A DNA stretch of 64,000 nt from an uncultured Acetatifactor sp. (GCA_910577035.1 CAJTKW010000005.1:1958-65957), one strand, 5' to 3'. Numbered from the stretch's first letter, positions 46,601-56,565 are shown. Translations and numbers: made by a program. The notes: generated by a model from the sequence alone, not told the origin.

Positions 46601-48237
46601 GGATTGCCAAGACCAGGCATTCTACGCCCGGGGTGTCCCTGATTTCCCCTCCGCCCCATCATGATATTTATTCCATCGAGGATCTGGCCCAGCTGATCTA
46701 TGATTTGAAAAATGCCAACAGAGATGCCAGAATCTCCGTGAAACTGGTGTCCGAAGCGGGTGTGGGTACTGTGGCGGCTGGCGTGGCCAAGGCGGGTGCC
46801 CAGGTGATTCTGGTATCCGGATATGACGGCGGTACCGGCGCCGCCCCTAAAAGCTCTATCCACAATGCGGGCCTGCCCTGGGAGCTGGGGCTGGCGGAGA
46901 CTCATCAGACCCTGATTATGAACGGCCTGCGGAACAAAGTGCGCATTGAGACTGACGGCAAGCTGATGAGCGGCCGGGATGTGGCCATTGCGGCCATTCT
47001 GGGGGCGGAGGAATTTGGATTTGCCACGGCACCGCTGGTGACCATGGGATGCGTGATGATGCGGGTCTGCAATCTGGATACCTGCCCGGTGGGGATCGCC
47101 ACCCAGAATCCGGAGCTGCGGAAGAACTTTAAAGGAAAGCCGGAGTATGTGGAGAATTTCATGCGCTTTATTGCACAGGAGCTTCGGGAGTACATGGCGG
47201 CCCTGGGAGTAAGGACCGTGGATGAGCTGGTAGGGCGCACGGACCTTCTGAAACGCCGTGAGGATCTGAGCGGCAGGCAGGCCCAGGTGGACCTGAGCCG
47301 GATCCTGGGGAATCCCTGCCGGAATACGAAAGCAAATTGTATATTCGATGAAAAGCAGGTATATGATTTTGAACTGGAAAAAACCCTGGATGAAAAAGTA
47401 CTATTAAAGCATCTGGGCAAGGCCCTGGAGAGCGGACAGAAGAGAAGCATTGAAGTGGACGTGTCCAACACGGACAGAGCCTTCGGCACCATCCTGGGCA
47501 GCGAGATTACCAGGAAGCTTGGGGATACTGTGGAAGAAGATACATACCGGGTGTTATGTAACGGAACGGGCGGACAGTCTTTTGGAGCCTTCATTCCCAA
47601 AGGGCTTACCCTGGAGCTGGTGGGGGATTCCAACGACTATTTCGGAAAGGGGCTTTCCGGGGGAAAGCTGATCGTCTATCCTCCTGCAGGCAGTGTGTTT
47701 CAGGCTTCCGAAAATATCATTATCGGCAATGTGGCCCTGTACGGTGCCACCAGTGGAAAGGCTTTTATAGCCGGTGTGGCAGGTGAGAGATTTTGCGTCC
47801 GCAATTCCGGCGCCAGCGCGGTGGTGGAGGGCGTGGGCGATCACGGCTGTGAATATATGACCGGCGGCCGGGTGGTGGTGCTGGGTTCTACCGGAAAGAA
47901 TTTTGCCGCCGGTATGAGCGGCGGTATCGCCTATGTACTGGACGAGGGCAACGATCTTTACAGGCGTCTGAATAAGGAAATGGTATCCTCCAGTGAGATT
48001 ACATCCAAATATGATATGCTGGAGCTGAAAGGCATGATTCAGGAGCACGTGGCGCTGACCAATTCCGAAAAGGGTAAGAGGATACTGGACCATTTCGAAG
48101 AGTACCTGCCGAAGTTCAAGAAGATCATTCCTCATGACTATGAGCGGGTCTTAAAGACCATTGTGCAGATGGAAGAGAAGGGCTTAAGCGCGGAGCAGGC
48201 GCAGATAGAGGCGTTTTATGCAAATACCCGCAGGTAA
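43690..48237 (+). CDS. gltB: Glutamate synthase large subunit
   Basis: HDNCGIG, HSRFSTNT, HNGEIN, MAQGAKPGEGG, CNLDTCPVG; C-terminal GXGXG repeats. Confidence 0.98.
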   Translation: MFDVKRDASKAPLYREEFEHDNCGIGACVNMKGEKSRETVENALKIVENLEHRAGKDAEGKTGDGVGILTQIPHRFFARVTKPLGIELGKEREYGVGMFFFPQEELRRNQAKKMFEIIVEKEGLEFLGWREVPTFPNVLGHKAVECMPHIMQGFVKKPADVKKGPDFDRRLYIARRLFEQSTGDTYVVSFSSRTIVYKGMFLVGQLRTFYADLQSEDYVSAIAMVHSRFSTNTNPSWERAHPNRLMVHNGEINTIRGNADKMLAREENMESEYLRGQMHKVLPAISKTGSDSAMLDNTLEFLVMSGMDLPLAVMIAIPEPWANDKAMSQAKKDFYQYYATMMEPWDGPASILFSDGDIMGAVLDRNGLRPSRYLITDDGMLILSSEVGVLDLDPAGIVVKERLRPGKMLLVDTVQGRVISDEELKEKYASRQPYGEWLDSNLVFLKDLVIPNQRVPEYTSEERQRMQKAFGYTYDELKTSILPMAKNGGEAIAAMGVDTPLPVLSKSCHPLFHYFKQLFAQVTNPPIDAIREEIVTSTTVYIGPEGNILQETPKNCNVLRVNNPILTNTDLLKIKNMKADGFRVEVVPITYYKNTSLERAIDRLFVEVDRAYRDGVNILILSDRGVDENHVPIPSLLAVSALNQYLVHTRKRTRVALILESGEPREVHHFATLLGYGACAINPYLAQDSIRELIDNHMLDKDYYAAVNDYNNAVLHGIVKIASKMGISTIQSYQGSQIFEAIGIDEGVISKYFSNTVCRVGGITLKDIEEQVDQLHSMAFDPLGLGSDLTLDSPGHHKMRSGGEEHLYNPATIHMLQESTRRGDYQMFRQYTAMVNDETKVRNLRGLMDFNYPKKGIALEAVEPVESIVTRFKTGAMSYGSISQEAHETMAIAMNRLRGKSNSGEGGEDLERLTAGADGQNRCSAIKQVASGRFGVTSRYLVSAKEIQIKMAQGAKPGEGGHLPGGKVYPWIAKTRHSTPGVSLISPPPHHDIYSIEDLAQLIYDLKNANRDARISVKLVSEAGVGTVAAGVAKAGAQVILVSGYDGGTGAAPKSSIHNAGLPWELGLAETHQTLIMNGLRNKVRIETDGKLMSGRDVAIAAILGAEEFGFATAPLVTMGCVMMRVCNLDTCPVGIATQNPELRKNFKGKPEYVENFMRFIAQELREYMAALGVRTVDELVGRTDLLKRREDLSGRQAQVDLSRILGNPCRNTKANCIFDEKQVYDFELEKTLDEKVLLKHLGKALESGQKRSIEVDVSNTDRAFGTILGSEITRKLGDTVEEDTYRVLCNGTGGQSFGAFIPKGLTLELVGDSNDYFGKGLSGGKLIVYPPAGSVFQASENIIIGNVALYGATSGKAFIAGVAGERFCVRNSGASAVVEGVGDHGCEYMTGGRVVVLGSTGKNFAAGMSGGIAYVLDEGNDLYRRLNKEMVSSSEITSKYDMLELKGMIQEHVALTNSEKGKRILDHFEEYLPKFKKIIPHDYERVLKTIVQMEEKGLSAEQAQIEAFYANTRR

Positions 48238-48273
48238 TTCGTGCTGTATACGGCGGAACAGGAGGAGATCAAA

Positions 48274-49767
48274 ATGGGAAAACCTACAGGTTTTATGGAA
48301 TATAAGAGAGAAGTCAGCAGTGCCCAGGAGCCGAAGAAGCGTATCCGGCATTTCCGGGAGTTTCATGAACATTTGTCTAAGGAGGAGCAGCAGCTTCAGG
48401 GAGCCAGGTGTATGGAATGCGGTGTGCCTTTCTGCCAGGCGGGTATGCTGATCTGCGGCATGGCCAGCGGCTGCCCCCTGCATAATCTGATTCCGGAGTG
48501 GAATGACCTGGTATATACCGGTAACTGGAAGCAGGCATATAACCGTTTGAAGAAGACAAACAACTTTCCGGAATTTACCTCCAGAGTATGCCCTGCCCTC
48601 TGTGAAGCCGCATGCACCTGTGGATTAAACGGGGATCCGGTGGCAGCCAGGGAGAATGAGTATGCCATTATTGAAAATGCCTACAGGGAAGGCTATGCTG
48701 CGCCAAACCCTCCCAGGGTGCGTACAGGCAAGACCATTGCCATTGTAGGCAGCGGGCCTTCCGGACTGGCGGCAGCGGACCAGCTGAATAAAAGGGGACA
48801 TTCCGTCACGGTCTTTGAACGTTCTGACCGCATCGGCGGCCTGCTGATGTACGGTATTCCCAATATGAAGCTGGAGAAGGAGGTCGTGGAGAGAAAACGG
48901 AAGGTGATGGAGGAGGAAGGGGTTACCTTTGTCACCGGAGTGAATGTGGGAAAGGACATGAAGGCCGACAAGCTGCTGCGGGAGTTTGACAGGGTGATTC
49001 TGGCCTGCGGGGCTTCCAATCCCAGAGACATCAAGGCACCGGGCAGAGATGCAAAGGGTATTTTCTTCGCCGTGGATTTCTTAAGGGCAAATACCAGGAG
49101 CCTGCTGGACTCCGGTTTTGAAGATAAACAATATGTGGATACAAAGGATAAGCACGTGGTTATTATCGGGGGCGGTGATACCGGAAATGACTGTGTGGGC
49201 ACATCCGTCCGTCATGGCGCCAAAAGTGTGACCCAGATCGAGATGATGCCCAAAGCGCCTGACAGGCGGGCAGAGAATAATTCCTGGCCGGAATGGCCCA
49301 GGGTATGTAAGATCGATTACGGCCAGGAGGAAGCCATTGCGGTATACGGGCGGGATCCCCGGATCTATGAGGCTACGGTGAAAGAATTTATCAAGGATAA
49401 GGACGGCTGCCTGAAGGGAGTGAAGACCGTGAAGCTTGCCTGGGAGAAGGATGCCGATTCCGGCCGGATGAAGATGCAGGAAATACCCGGCAGCGAGCAG
49501 GAGCTTCCGGCGGATATTGTCCTGATAGCAGCCGGGTTTCTGGGGGCTCAGAGCTATGTGGCGGAGGCCTTTGGGGTGGAGCTGGACGGGCGCACCAATG
49601 TGAAGACCGAACCGGGGGACTACCGGACCAGCCGGGACAATGTATTTGTTACAGGGGATATGCACAGAGGCCAGTCCCTGGTGGTCTGGGCCATCAGGGA
49701 GGGCAGGGAGGCAGCCCGGGCGGTGGACGAGAGCCTGATGGGGTATTCTAACCTGGTGGTACAATAA
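48274..49767 (+). CDS. gltD: Glutamate synthase small subunit
   Basis: RCMECGVPFC, GSGPSG and GGGDTGNDC motifs; AGGAGG RBS. Confidence 0.97.
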   Translation: MGKPTGFMEYKREVSSAQEPKKRIRHFREFHEHLSKEEQQLQGARCMECGVPFCQAGMLICGMASGCPLHNLIPEWNDLVYTGNWKQAYNRLKKTNNFPEFTSRVCPALCEAACTCGLNGDPVAARENEYAIIENAYREGYAAPNPPRVRTGKTIAIVGSGPSGLAAADQLNKRGHSVTVFERSDRIGGLLMYGIPNMKLEKEVVERKRKVMEEEGVTFVTGVNVGKDMKADKLLREFDRVILACGASNPRDIKAPGRDAKGIFFAVDFLRANTRSLLDSGFEDKQYVDTKDKHVVIIGGGDTGNDCVGTSVRHGAKSVTQIEMMPKAPDRRAENNSWPEWPRVCKIDYGQEEAIAVYGRDPRIYEATVKEFIKDKDGCLKGVKTVKLAWEKDADSGRMKMQEIPGSEQELPADIVLIAAGFLGAQSYVAEAFGVELDGRTNVKTEPGDYRTSRDNVFVTGDMHRGQSLVVWAIREGREAARAVDESLMGYSNLVVQ

Positions 49768-49807
49768 TGAGCGCTGCAGGGACAGGGATTTTGTAACAGG
49801 AATCATC

Positions 49808-49856
49808 AAAATAGATATTTTATGATACAACCGGCGCATAAAATATCTATTTTTTT
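49808..49856. terminator. AT-rich 17-bp perfect inverted repeat after gltD (terminator)
   Basis: aaaatagatattttatg-N12-cataaaatatctatttt plus T run. Confidence 0.75.
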
Positions 49857-50041
49857 GAAATAGTATGTTGCATTATATAATAGTATGTGATATGATGAAC
49901 TTACCAAGAAACAATATTATAAAATGAAAGAGGAAAGAAGGAAGAAAAAGCAGAAGCAAAAAGTCCAAAGACAAAACAAGAAAACGGAACAGAACATGAA
50001 AACCGAACAGAACAAGAGAAATAATAGGAAGGAGAAGCAGA

Positions 50042-50350
50042 ATGAACACACAGTTCAAAAAAGGAGCACTGGAGCTCTGTGTGCTGTCTCAGCTCACCAG
50101 GGGAGACAAGTACGGCTACGAGCTGACGGAGCGTATCTCGGTGGAGATGTCCATCGCCGGGGGCACGCTTTACCCGATCCTGCGGAAGCTGAAGGAGGAA
50201 GAGAGGGTCACTACCTATCTGGTGGAATCGGAGTCGGGACCGGCCAGAAAATACTATCGTCTGACGGATACAGGGAGACAATATCAGAGGCAGCTGCAGC
50301 AGGAGTGGGAAGAGTTTACCAAAGCAGTGAATGAGCTGATCTGGAATTGA
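50042..50350 (+). CDS. PadR family regulator
   Basis: QFKKGALELCVL, YGYEL, GTLYPILRKL and GPARKYY motifs. Confidence 0.93.
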   Translation: MNTQFKKGALELCVLSQLTRGDKYGYELTERISVEMSIAGGTLYPILRKLKEEERVTTYLVESESGPARKYYRLTDTGRQYQRQLQQEWEEFTKAVNELIWN

Positions 50351-50371
50351 TGCGGAGAAAAGGAGGAAGCA

Positions 50372-51610
50372 ATGACGAAATCAGAGTATATGGAAGCCTT
50401 GCAGAATAAGCTGGAATGCTTTAACAGGGAGCTGCAGCAGGAGATTGTGGAGGACTATGAGCAGCATTTCGCGGAGGGGATTGCGGCAGGCAAGTCAGAG
50501 GAAGAGATTATGACGGAGCTGGGCAGTATTGAGGATATGATCCGGGAACTCCCCGAGGAGGATATTGTACAGGACAATGGGGATGCCCAGGCACAGGAGA
50601 GGACGGAGAAGACCATGCCGGAACCCGGCAGGCAGAGTTACACCTACACGGGAGAATATAAGACGGTGGTGATCGACGGCGGAATTGCCGATGTCCGTCT
50701 GAAGCAGTCCGACGACGGCCAGATCCATACGGAATACAGTAACAGCGACCCGGAATACTGTTATTATCAGTATGAGGAAAACGGTATCTTCTATGTGGGG
50801 GTAAAGAAGGATCAAAACAGTGCCAGGGCGGCAAAGAGGGCGGTCAAGTTTATGCTCTTCGGGAAAACGGTGAAGGTGGATCTTGACGGCTCCTTTGAAA
50901 AGAATTTCGAAAAGAACTTTTGGAATGTCTGGAACGGCGGCGGCAGCAAAGATTCTGAACTGGAAGTGAGAATCCCGTCGGGAATCTCCCGGGTGGAGGT
51001 GAAGACCCGCAGTGCCAATATTGAGGCGGCGGATGTGACGCCGGAGGAGCTGGATATACGCACTACCAGCGGCGACATGGCAATCCGCCATGTGACCGTT
51101 GACAGGCTGAGCCTGAATTCCACCAGCGGCGACATCTCGGCAGAGCAGGTTTACAGCGGCAGTATGGATGTGCATGTGACCAGCGGGGACATGGCATTGG
51201 ATCATGCGGAGACGGGAACCTTCCGTTTTCAGGGTGCCAGCGGGGATATTTCGGGGAACCGTGTGCGGGGGAACAGCGTGAACATTGGTACGGGAAGCGG
51301 CGATGTGGAGTTTGACGGTGTCTTTGAGCGGTATAATATCGGCACGGGAAGCGGCGATGTGGACATCAGGGTAAAGGCCGGAGCAAAAGAAGTCCGGGTC
51401 GGCACGGGAAGCGGCGACGTGGAGCTGGATGTGACAGAGGTGGAGAGTGCGGAAGTAACCGTGAGTACGGGAAGCGGGGAAGCGGTTATTTACGGCGCCG
51501 ACGGGGCGAGACATCATATTACCATGGGCAGCAGCACCGTGGGCAGCGGAGACTGTAAGGTGCGGGTGAGTACGGGAAGCGGGGATGCAGAGATCCGACT
51601 CCGGGGCTGA
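50372..51610 (+). CDS. DUF1700 (HAAS) plus DUF4097 beta-strand repeat protein
   Basis: N-terminal EIVEDYEQHFAEG...EEEI..ELG; many T(T/G)SGD repeats. Confidence 0.82.
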   Translation: MTKSEYMEALQNKLECFNRELQQEIVEDYEQHFAEGIAAGKSEEEIMTELGSIEDMIRELPEEDIVQDNGDAQAQERTEKTMPEPGRQSYTYTGEYKTVVIDGGIADVRLKQSDDGQIHTEYSNSDPEYCYYQYEENGIFYVGVKKDQNSARAAKRAVKFMLFGKTVKVDLDGSFEKNFEKNFWNVWNGGGSKDSELEVRIPSGISRVEVKTRSANIEAADVTPEELDIRTTSGDMAIRHVTVDRLSLNSTSGDISAEQVYSGSMDVHVTSGDMALDHAETGTFRFQGASGDISGNRVRGNSVNIGTGSGDVEFDGVFERYNIGTGSGDVDIRVKAGAKEVRVGTGSGDVELDVTEVESAEVTVSTGSGEAVIYGADGARHHITMGSSTVGSGDCKVRVSTGSGDAEIRLRG

Positions 51611-51618
51611 AGATGACT

Positions 51619-52599
51619 TTACGGTTTTTGGGGGAATTGCACGGTGACGTGCAGTTCCCCTTCTTTGCAGGCAGCATTGATGGAGCCGCCCATGCGCTCG
51701 GTGAGCAGTTTGGCGATGGACAGTCCCAGGCCGGTGGAGCCGCTGACGGACTCAACCGTATAGAAACGGTCAAAGAGCTTTTCCACAATGACAGGGGTAA
51801 GTGCGGCGGCATGGTTTGCAAAGATAACGGTGCCTTCCTCTGTCAAAGTAACCCTGAGATCTCCGTCACTGTATTTTACGGCATTGCTTAGAATATTGGT
51901 GAAGATCCGGGACAGGGAGGAGGAATCCAGAGTCCGTAGGACCGGCCGGGAGGGCATGGAAATAACGGGTGTAATTTCACGCTGTTCCAGGCTGCTCCAG
52001 TATGCCATCAGACAATCCTCCAGAGCCCGGTTCAGGGACAGTCTTTCAGGGTGTTCCTCCCGGGCGGACAGAATGATGGAATAGCGGAACAATTCCTCTG
52101 TCAGCTGTTTCATGGTATGCAGCCGGTTCTGCAGGATGGCAAGATAGCGGGCGGGCTTTTCCCCGGCGGAGGCCGGAAACGGAGCCCCGTTCTCCGGCTC
52201 CCCGTGGTTTGCCAGTTCTTTCTGCAGAAGCTCCAGATAGCCGGTCATGGCAGTGAGGGGTGTCCGCAGGTCATGGGAAATATTGGTGATTGCTTCCTTT
52301 AATTCCCGGTCACCGTTTTCAAATCGGAGCTGCCTGCTCCGCAGCCGGGACAGCTGCCTGTTCAGCTGTGCGGCCAGCCGGCGGATATGACGGTCCCGGG
52401 AGGAGATTGTCACCAGGGCGTTCGTGTGAACGCCCTGGAGGTCGGTAGGGGTATCCGTAGTATTGCCAAGGGTATCCGCAGTACCGAGGATGTGGGACAA
52501 TTCTTCACAGATCTCCCCGATGCTCTTTTGGAGCAGGAGGAGGCGGCCGGCCAGGAATATGGAAAAGAAGAATAAAACGGTGCATATAAAGTATATCAT
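51619..52599 (-). CDS. Sensor histidine kinase (single N-terminal TM)
   Basis: ISHDLRTPL, NILSNAVKY, LFDRFY and STGLGL motifs. Confidence 0.92.
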   Translation of the reverse strand: MIYFICTVLFFFSIFLAGRLLLLQKSIGEICEELSHILGTADTLGNTTDTPTDLQGVHTNALVTISSRDRHIRRLAAQLNRQLSRLRSRQLRFENGDRELKEAITNISHDLRTPLTAMTGYLELLQKELANHGEPENGAPFPASAGEKPARYLAILQNRLHTMKQLTEELFRYSIILSAREEHPERLSLNRALEDCLMAYWSSLEQREITPVISMPSRPVLRTLDSSSLSRIFTNILSNAVKYSDGDLRVTLTEEGTVIFANHAAALTPVIVEKLFDRFYTVESVSGSTGLGLSIAKLLTERMGGSINAACKEGELHVTVQFPQKP

Positions 52600-52659
52600 A
52601 ATTTAATACTCCCTTAACCCGCCTGTTTCCGTCACCATTCAGTGATGCCGGACGGCATA

Positions 52660-53496
52660 CTATTTTAAATCTTTTCTTCGGAAGGCCAGGATACCGCCTG
52701 CCGTAGTGCCGGCAGTAACAAAGAGAGCCAGGAGGCATGACTGCAGGGGATGCTGGAGGGCTCCTTCCTGGTTCAGCTGCATACTGATCCCCAGTGGCAG
52801 GAGATCCCGCAGGAATTCATGGATTTTACGAGACGCTCCCCGCAGATAGTGCGGGTTAGGAACGGGCTCCTGGGGAATTACGCTGCCGTCTATAGACATC
52901 TGGTACATTCCGGAGATCATTTCCGGTGCGTCCAACCGATTTATGATGACAATGGTTAAGAAAAGCAGGGCAAAGAAACCCATGATGCAGACGACGGAGG
53001 AGACGGGCTTGCTGGTAATCAGCATGGCAGGCAGGGTAAAAAGCCCTGACAGGGCGGCCGTCATCAGAATTCCGTAGCCGTAATTTACTGCCATGACTGC
53101 TGCCTGGCTTTGCGGCAGGCCAAACAGGGGAATTCCCACGACAAAGGTGATGAGGACAGCCGCAAGGCATACCAACAGGGAAGAGGCAAAGCAGATGACC
53201 AGGGAAGAAAGGTAGACAGCCGTTCTGCCATGACCGCATATCAGCTTGTTCCGCACGGTGCCGTCACTGTATTCCGTCCCCAAAAACAGGCTGGACCAAA
53301 TGGCGGTGAATGCGCCGATCAGCATATAAATGCCATACAGATAGGCATCAAGAGTAGTCTGAAAATAGCCCAGCTTCATATCGTGATAATTGGAGAACAG
53401 GGCACAGATAATGATTCCCGGCAGAAAGATGATGCCAATCCAGAAACATTTGTTTTTCCAAAGCCGGCTGAATCCTGCAGACAATAATTTATTCAT
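52660..53496 (-). CDS. ABC-2 type permease
   Basis: EYSDGTVRNKLICGHGR; six TM-like segments; FRRKDLK end. Confidence 0.88.
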   Translation of the reverse strand: MNKLLSAGFSRLWKNKCFWIGIIFLPGIIICALFSNYHDMKLGYFQTTLDAYLYGIYMLIGAFTAIWSSLFLGTEYSDGTVRNKLICGHGRTAVYLSSLVICFASSLLVCLAAVLITFVVGIPLFGLPQSQAAVMAVNYGYGILMTAALSGLFTLPAMLITSKPVSSVVCIMGFFALLFLTIVIINRLDAPEMISGMYQMSIDGSVIPQEPVPNPHYLRGASRKIHEFLRDLLPLGISMQLNQEGALQHPLQSCLLALFVTAGTTAGGILAFRRKDLK

Positions 53497-54403
53497 GGTG
53501 AGCTCCTCCGATCAGATTCATATAATAGTTTTCCAGGCCTTCTTCCCTTTCATGAAGGTTGGAAATGACACAGCCCTTTGCCGACAGGGCTTCCACCAGA
53601 TCCGTGACGCCGATGGCGCTGTAGATCTCTGCCCGGTCATCTGATAACACGCGATATTCTAATTCCTTCTCATCCAGTACCATGCAGAGAGCCTGTATAT
53701 TTGATACCGTGACACAAAGACACTTGCGGCAGGCGGCTTCCAGATCCTGTGCACTGATTTCCCGCAGGATGGTGCCGTGGTCGATGAAACCGTAATGTGT
53801 GGCCAGACGGGCCAGTTCGTCCAGAATATGGCTGGAGATCAGGACGGTGATCCCTTTTTCCCGGTTCAGCTTTAGGATCAGCTCCCGCATTTCGATGATG
53901 CCTTCTGGGTCCAGGCCGTTGGCGGGCTCGTCCAGCACCAGAAAGTCCGGGTTTCCTGCCAGGGCAACGGTAATTCCCAGCCGCTGCCGCATCCCAAGGG
54001 AAAAGTTGCCGGCTTTCTTCTTTCCGGTGTTTCCCAGGCCCACCAACGTAAGCAGATCGGGGATGGCCTCAAAGGAGGGCAGTCCAAGAATGCGGTATTG
54101 TTCCTTGAGATTATCCTCCGCGGTCATATCCAGGTAGATGGAAGGGGTTTCTACTACGGCGCCCATGCGTTTGCGGCTTTTGACGATTTCCGTTGAGGTA
54201 TCGGAAATACCATACAGGGTATATCCTCCCGAGGTGGGGAATTGCAGGCCGCAGATCAGGCGGATGAGAGTGGTCTTTCCTGCTCCGTTTTTCCCTACAA
54301 AGCCGTAAATTGCTCCTTCGGGGATGTGCATGTTGACATTGTTCAGTACGGTAAGGCTGCCATACTTTTTTTGCAGTGCCGTGGTTTTCAGTACATATTC
54401 CAT
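53489..54403 (-). CDS. ABC ATP-binding protein (BcrA/lantibiotic-resistance type)
   Basis: GKNGAGKTT, FSLGMRQRL, LDEPANGLDP and SSHIL motifs; GGAGG RBS before 54403. Confidence 0.92.
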   Translation of the reverse strand: MEYVLKTTALQKKYGSLTVLNNVNMHIPEGAIYGFVGKNGAGKTTLIRLICGLQFPTSGGYTLYGISDTSTEIVKSRKRMGAVVETPSIYLDMTAEDNLKEQYRILGLPSFEAIPDLLTLVGLGNTGKKKAGNFSLGMRQRLGITVALAGNPDFLVLDEPANGLDPEGIIEMRELILKLNREKGITVLISSHILDELARLATHYGFIDHGTILREISAQDLEAACRKCLCVTVSNIQALCMVLDEKELEYRVLSDDRAEIYSAIGVTDLVEALSAKGCVISNLHEREEGLENYYMNLIGGAHHE

Positions 54404-54466
54404 AAGAATCCTCCGTTTCCGGCAGTCTGTGATATAAGTGCAGACTGCACAAGTCCTATGTCCTTT

Positions 54467-54527
54467 AGTATAAAGCATAGAAGTAAAGAAAACGGTAAAG
54501 AAAAGGGTAAAGATTTCGTAAAGATTT
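54467..54527 (-). promoter_or_regulatory. OmpR-type direct-repeat operator and -10 box for the ABC operon
   Basis: Four TCTTTAC copies (minus strand) spaced 11-12 bp, then TATACT at 54467-54472. Confidence 0.7.
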
Positions 54528-55224
54528 ATCGGCCGGGGCATAGCCTGAAGCCAATCCCCCAGACGGATTCAACCGTTTCCCCGGCTCCGGCCTGTTTCAG
54601 TTTCTTGCGCAGATTGCTGACGTGGATCTTCAGGGAGCTTTCCGTACAGTCGGGGGTGTCCGTGCTGATGTCTTCAAGAAGGGCGGATTTGGAGACCGGG
54701 CGCTCCGGATTCTGCATCAGCTTTTTTAAGATGGCATGCTCCGTCCTGGTCAGACGGACGGAGCCCCCGGGGGTTAGCAGTTCCCGTGTCCCGGTGTCCA
54801 GGGACAGGCCGCCAAAGGTCATGACAAAGCCGGCGGAAGCCTTGGAAGGAATGTTTACGTCTCCGGTATCCTCCTTACGGCGGCGCAGATGTACGGTGAT
54901 GCGGGCCAGCAGTTTCTTCATTTCAAAGGGTTTGGTGATGTAGTCCACAGCGCCTCCCAGAAGCATATCGACCTTATCATCGAGTCCCGCTCTGGCACTG
55001 AGAATAATAACGGGTGTATTGATAATGCGTGGAAGAAGCTCCCGGCCGGACAGGCCGGGAAGCATCAGATCCAGCAATATCAGGCTGGGCTGCTGCTTTT
55101 CCAGCAGCAGAAGCGCCTCTGTGCCGGACCAGGCCCGCAGGACATGGTAGCCCTCCGCGGCCAGGCATTCCTCCAGCAGGCTTCCGATATAGTTATCATC
55201 CTCAATGACAAGAATTGTGTACAT
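54526..55224 (-). CDS. OmpR family response regulator
   Basis: VIEDD, LLDLMLPG, DYITKPF and VWGIGF motifs. Confidence 0.94.
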   Translation of the reverse strand: MYTILVIEDDNYIGSLLEECLAAEGYHVLRAWSGTEALLLLEKQQPSLILLDLMLPGLSGRELLPRIINTPVIILSARAGLDDKVDMLLGGAVDYITKPFEMKKLLARITVHLRRRKEDTGDVNIPSKASAGFVMTFGGLSLDTGTRELLTPGGSVRLTRTEHAILKKLMQNPERPVSKSALLEDISTDTPDCTESSLKIHVSNLRKKLKQAGAGETVESVWGIGFRLCPGR

Positions 55225-55431
55225 AGGATACTCCGTTCCGATACGAGTTTCATATCAAGCTTATTATGTCACAAACTGCCTTTTTGTCAATATCCGCTGA
55301 CAGTTCAGTGCCCTGCATGAGCTGCTACAATATCTGGGGAGGCAGGGGGCACAGTTATATATTTTGGGATTCAAAAATTTTCAGTTTCATGTATAATGGA
55401 AGAGAAGTGATTAAGAGATAGGAGGAGTTTC

Positions 55432-56553
55432 ATGTCTGAGAAAAAGCGTATGGCGAATCTGGAATTGCTGCGCTGTCTTGCCATGATGATGGTAATTGTA
55501 TTGCATTACCTGGGCAAGGGCGGCTTGTTGGCAGAGCTGAAGGGGGATGGTATGGCAGATGTGGGTATGGCAGCCTGGCTGCTGGAGGCCTTCTGCATTG
55601 TAGCGGTTAATCTGTATATGCTGATCAGCGGTTATTTTCTGTGTACCTCATCCTTTAAGCTGAGCCGTCTGCTTCAGCTTTTGCTTCAGGTCTGGCTCTA
55701 TTCGGTGGTCTTTGGAATGATTGGGGCGGCAGCGGGTATAGTCCGTGAGACGTCTGTGGATACGCACTATTTCCTGACCCTGATTTTTCCGGTATCCATG
55801 GAGCATTACTGGTTTTTGACGGCGTATGTTTTCCTCTATCTGCTTTTGCCTTTTCTGGGGGCGGCAGTGAAGCGGATGAGCAGGCAGCAGATGAAGCTGG
55901 CTATTTCTCTTCTGCTGATTACCTTCTGTGCTTTGAAAAGCATACTGCCCCTGAGGCTGGAAACAGATCAAAAGGGGTATGACTGCCTGTGGTACCTGTG
56001 TGTGTTTCTGACGGCGGCTTACATACGGAGGTTTGGATGGGCATTTCTGGAAAAGCGGGGCAGGGCGCTGGGCCTGTATGCGGCCTGCTGTCTGCTGGCC
56101 TTTGCCGGCACCATGGTCCTGGGCTTCCTTTATCTTCGTACCGGCAGCCTGGGCAGAATGACGGGCATGTGCATGGAATATAACCATATCCTGCCGTTCC
56201 TGGCAGCGCTGGGGTTGTTTGGATTCTTTGCGGGACTGGAAGTGAAAGGGAAAATTGCACAGGCTATTAATAAAATAGCTCCTTATACCCTGGGGGTATA
56301 TCTGCTGCATGAGAACCTGGGGCTGCGTTATACCTGGCAGGGCTGGCTGGGGGCGGACAGGATTTCCAATATAGGAGGGCTGCTTCTTTGGACACTGGCG
56401 GCTGTGGCTGTGGTATTCTGTACCGGTATTCTCACTGATATGCTGCGGGCGCGGCTGATGAAGGGGCTTCATGCTTTGCTGGGTAAGCTGAAGGTCTATG
56501 GAAAGCTGGTTGAAAAGATCGAGAGAGCAGACGGATTGTTCCGGGAAGCATGA
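55432..56553 (+). CDS. Acyltransferase family 3 (O-acyltransferase)
   Basis: NLELLRCLAMMMVIVLH, AVNLYMLISGYF, YWF and GVYLLH motifs. Confidence 0.88.
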   Translation: MSEKKRMANLELLRCLAMMMVIVLHYLGKGGLLAELKGDGMADVGMAAWLLEAFCIVAVNLYMLISGYFLCTSSFKLSRLLQLLLQVWLYSVVFGMIGAAAGIVRETSVDTHYFLTLIFPVSMEHYWFLTAYVFLYLLLPFLGAAVKRMSRQQMKLAISLLLITFCALKSILPLRLETDQKGYDCLWYLCVFLTAAYIRRFGWAFLEKRGRALGLYAACCLLAFAGTMVLGFLYLRTGSLGRMTGMCMEYNHILPFLAALGLFGFFAGLEVKGKIAQAINKIAPYTLGVYLLHENLGLRYTWQGWLGADRISNIGGLLLWTLAAVAVVFCTGILTDMLRARLMKGLHALLGKLKVYGKLVEKIERADGLFREA

Positions 56554-56565
56554 AAGGTGTAAATT

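Noticed and set aside
51060..51590. Recurrent acgggaagcggcga/accagcggcgac as a DNA repeat element
   Set aside because: Explained by the TxSGD beta-repeats of the DUF4097 protein
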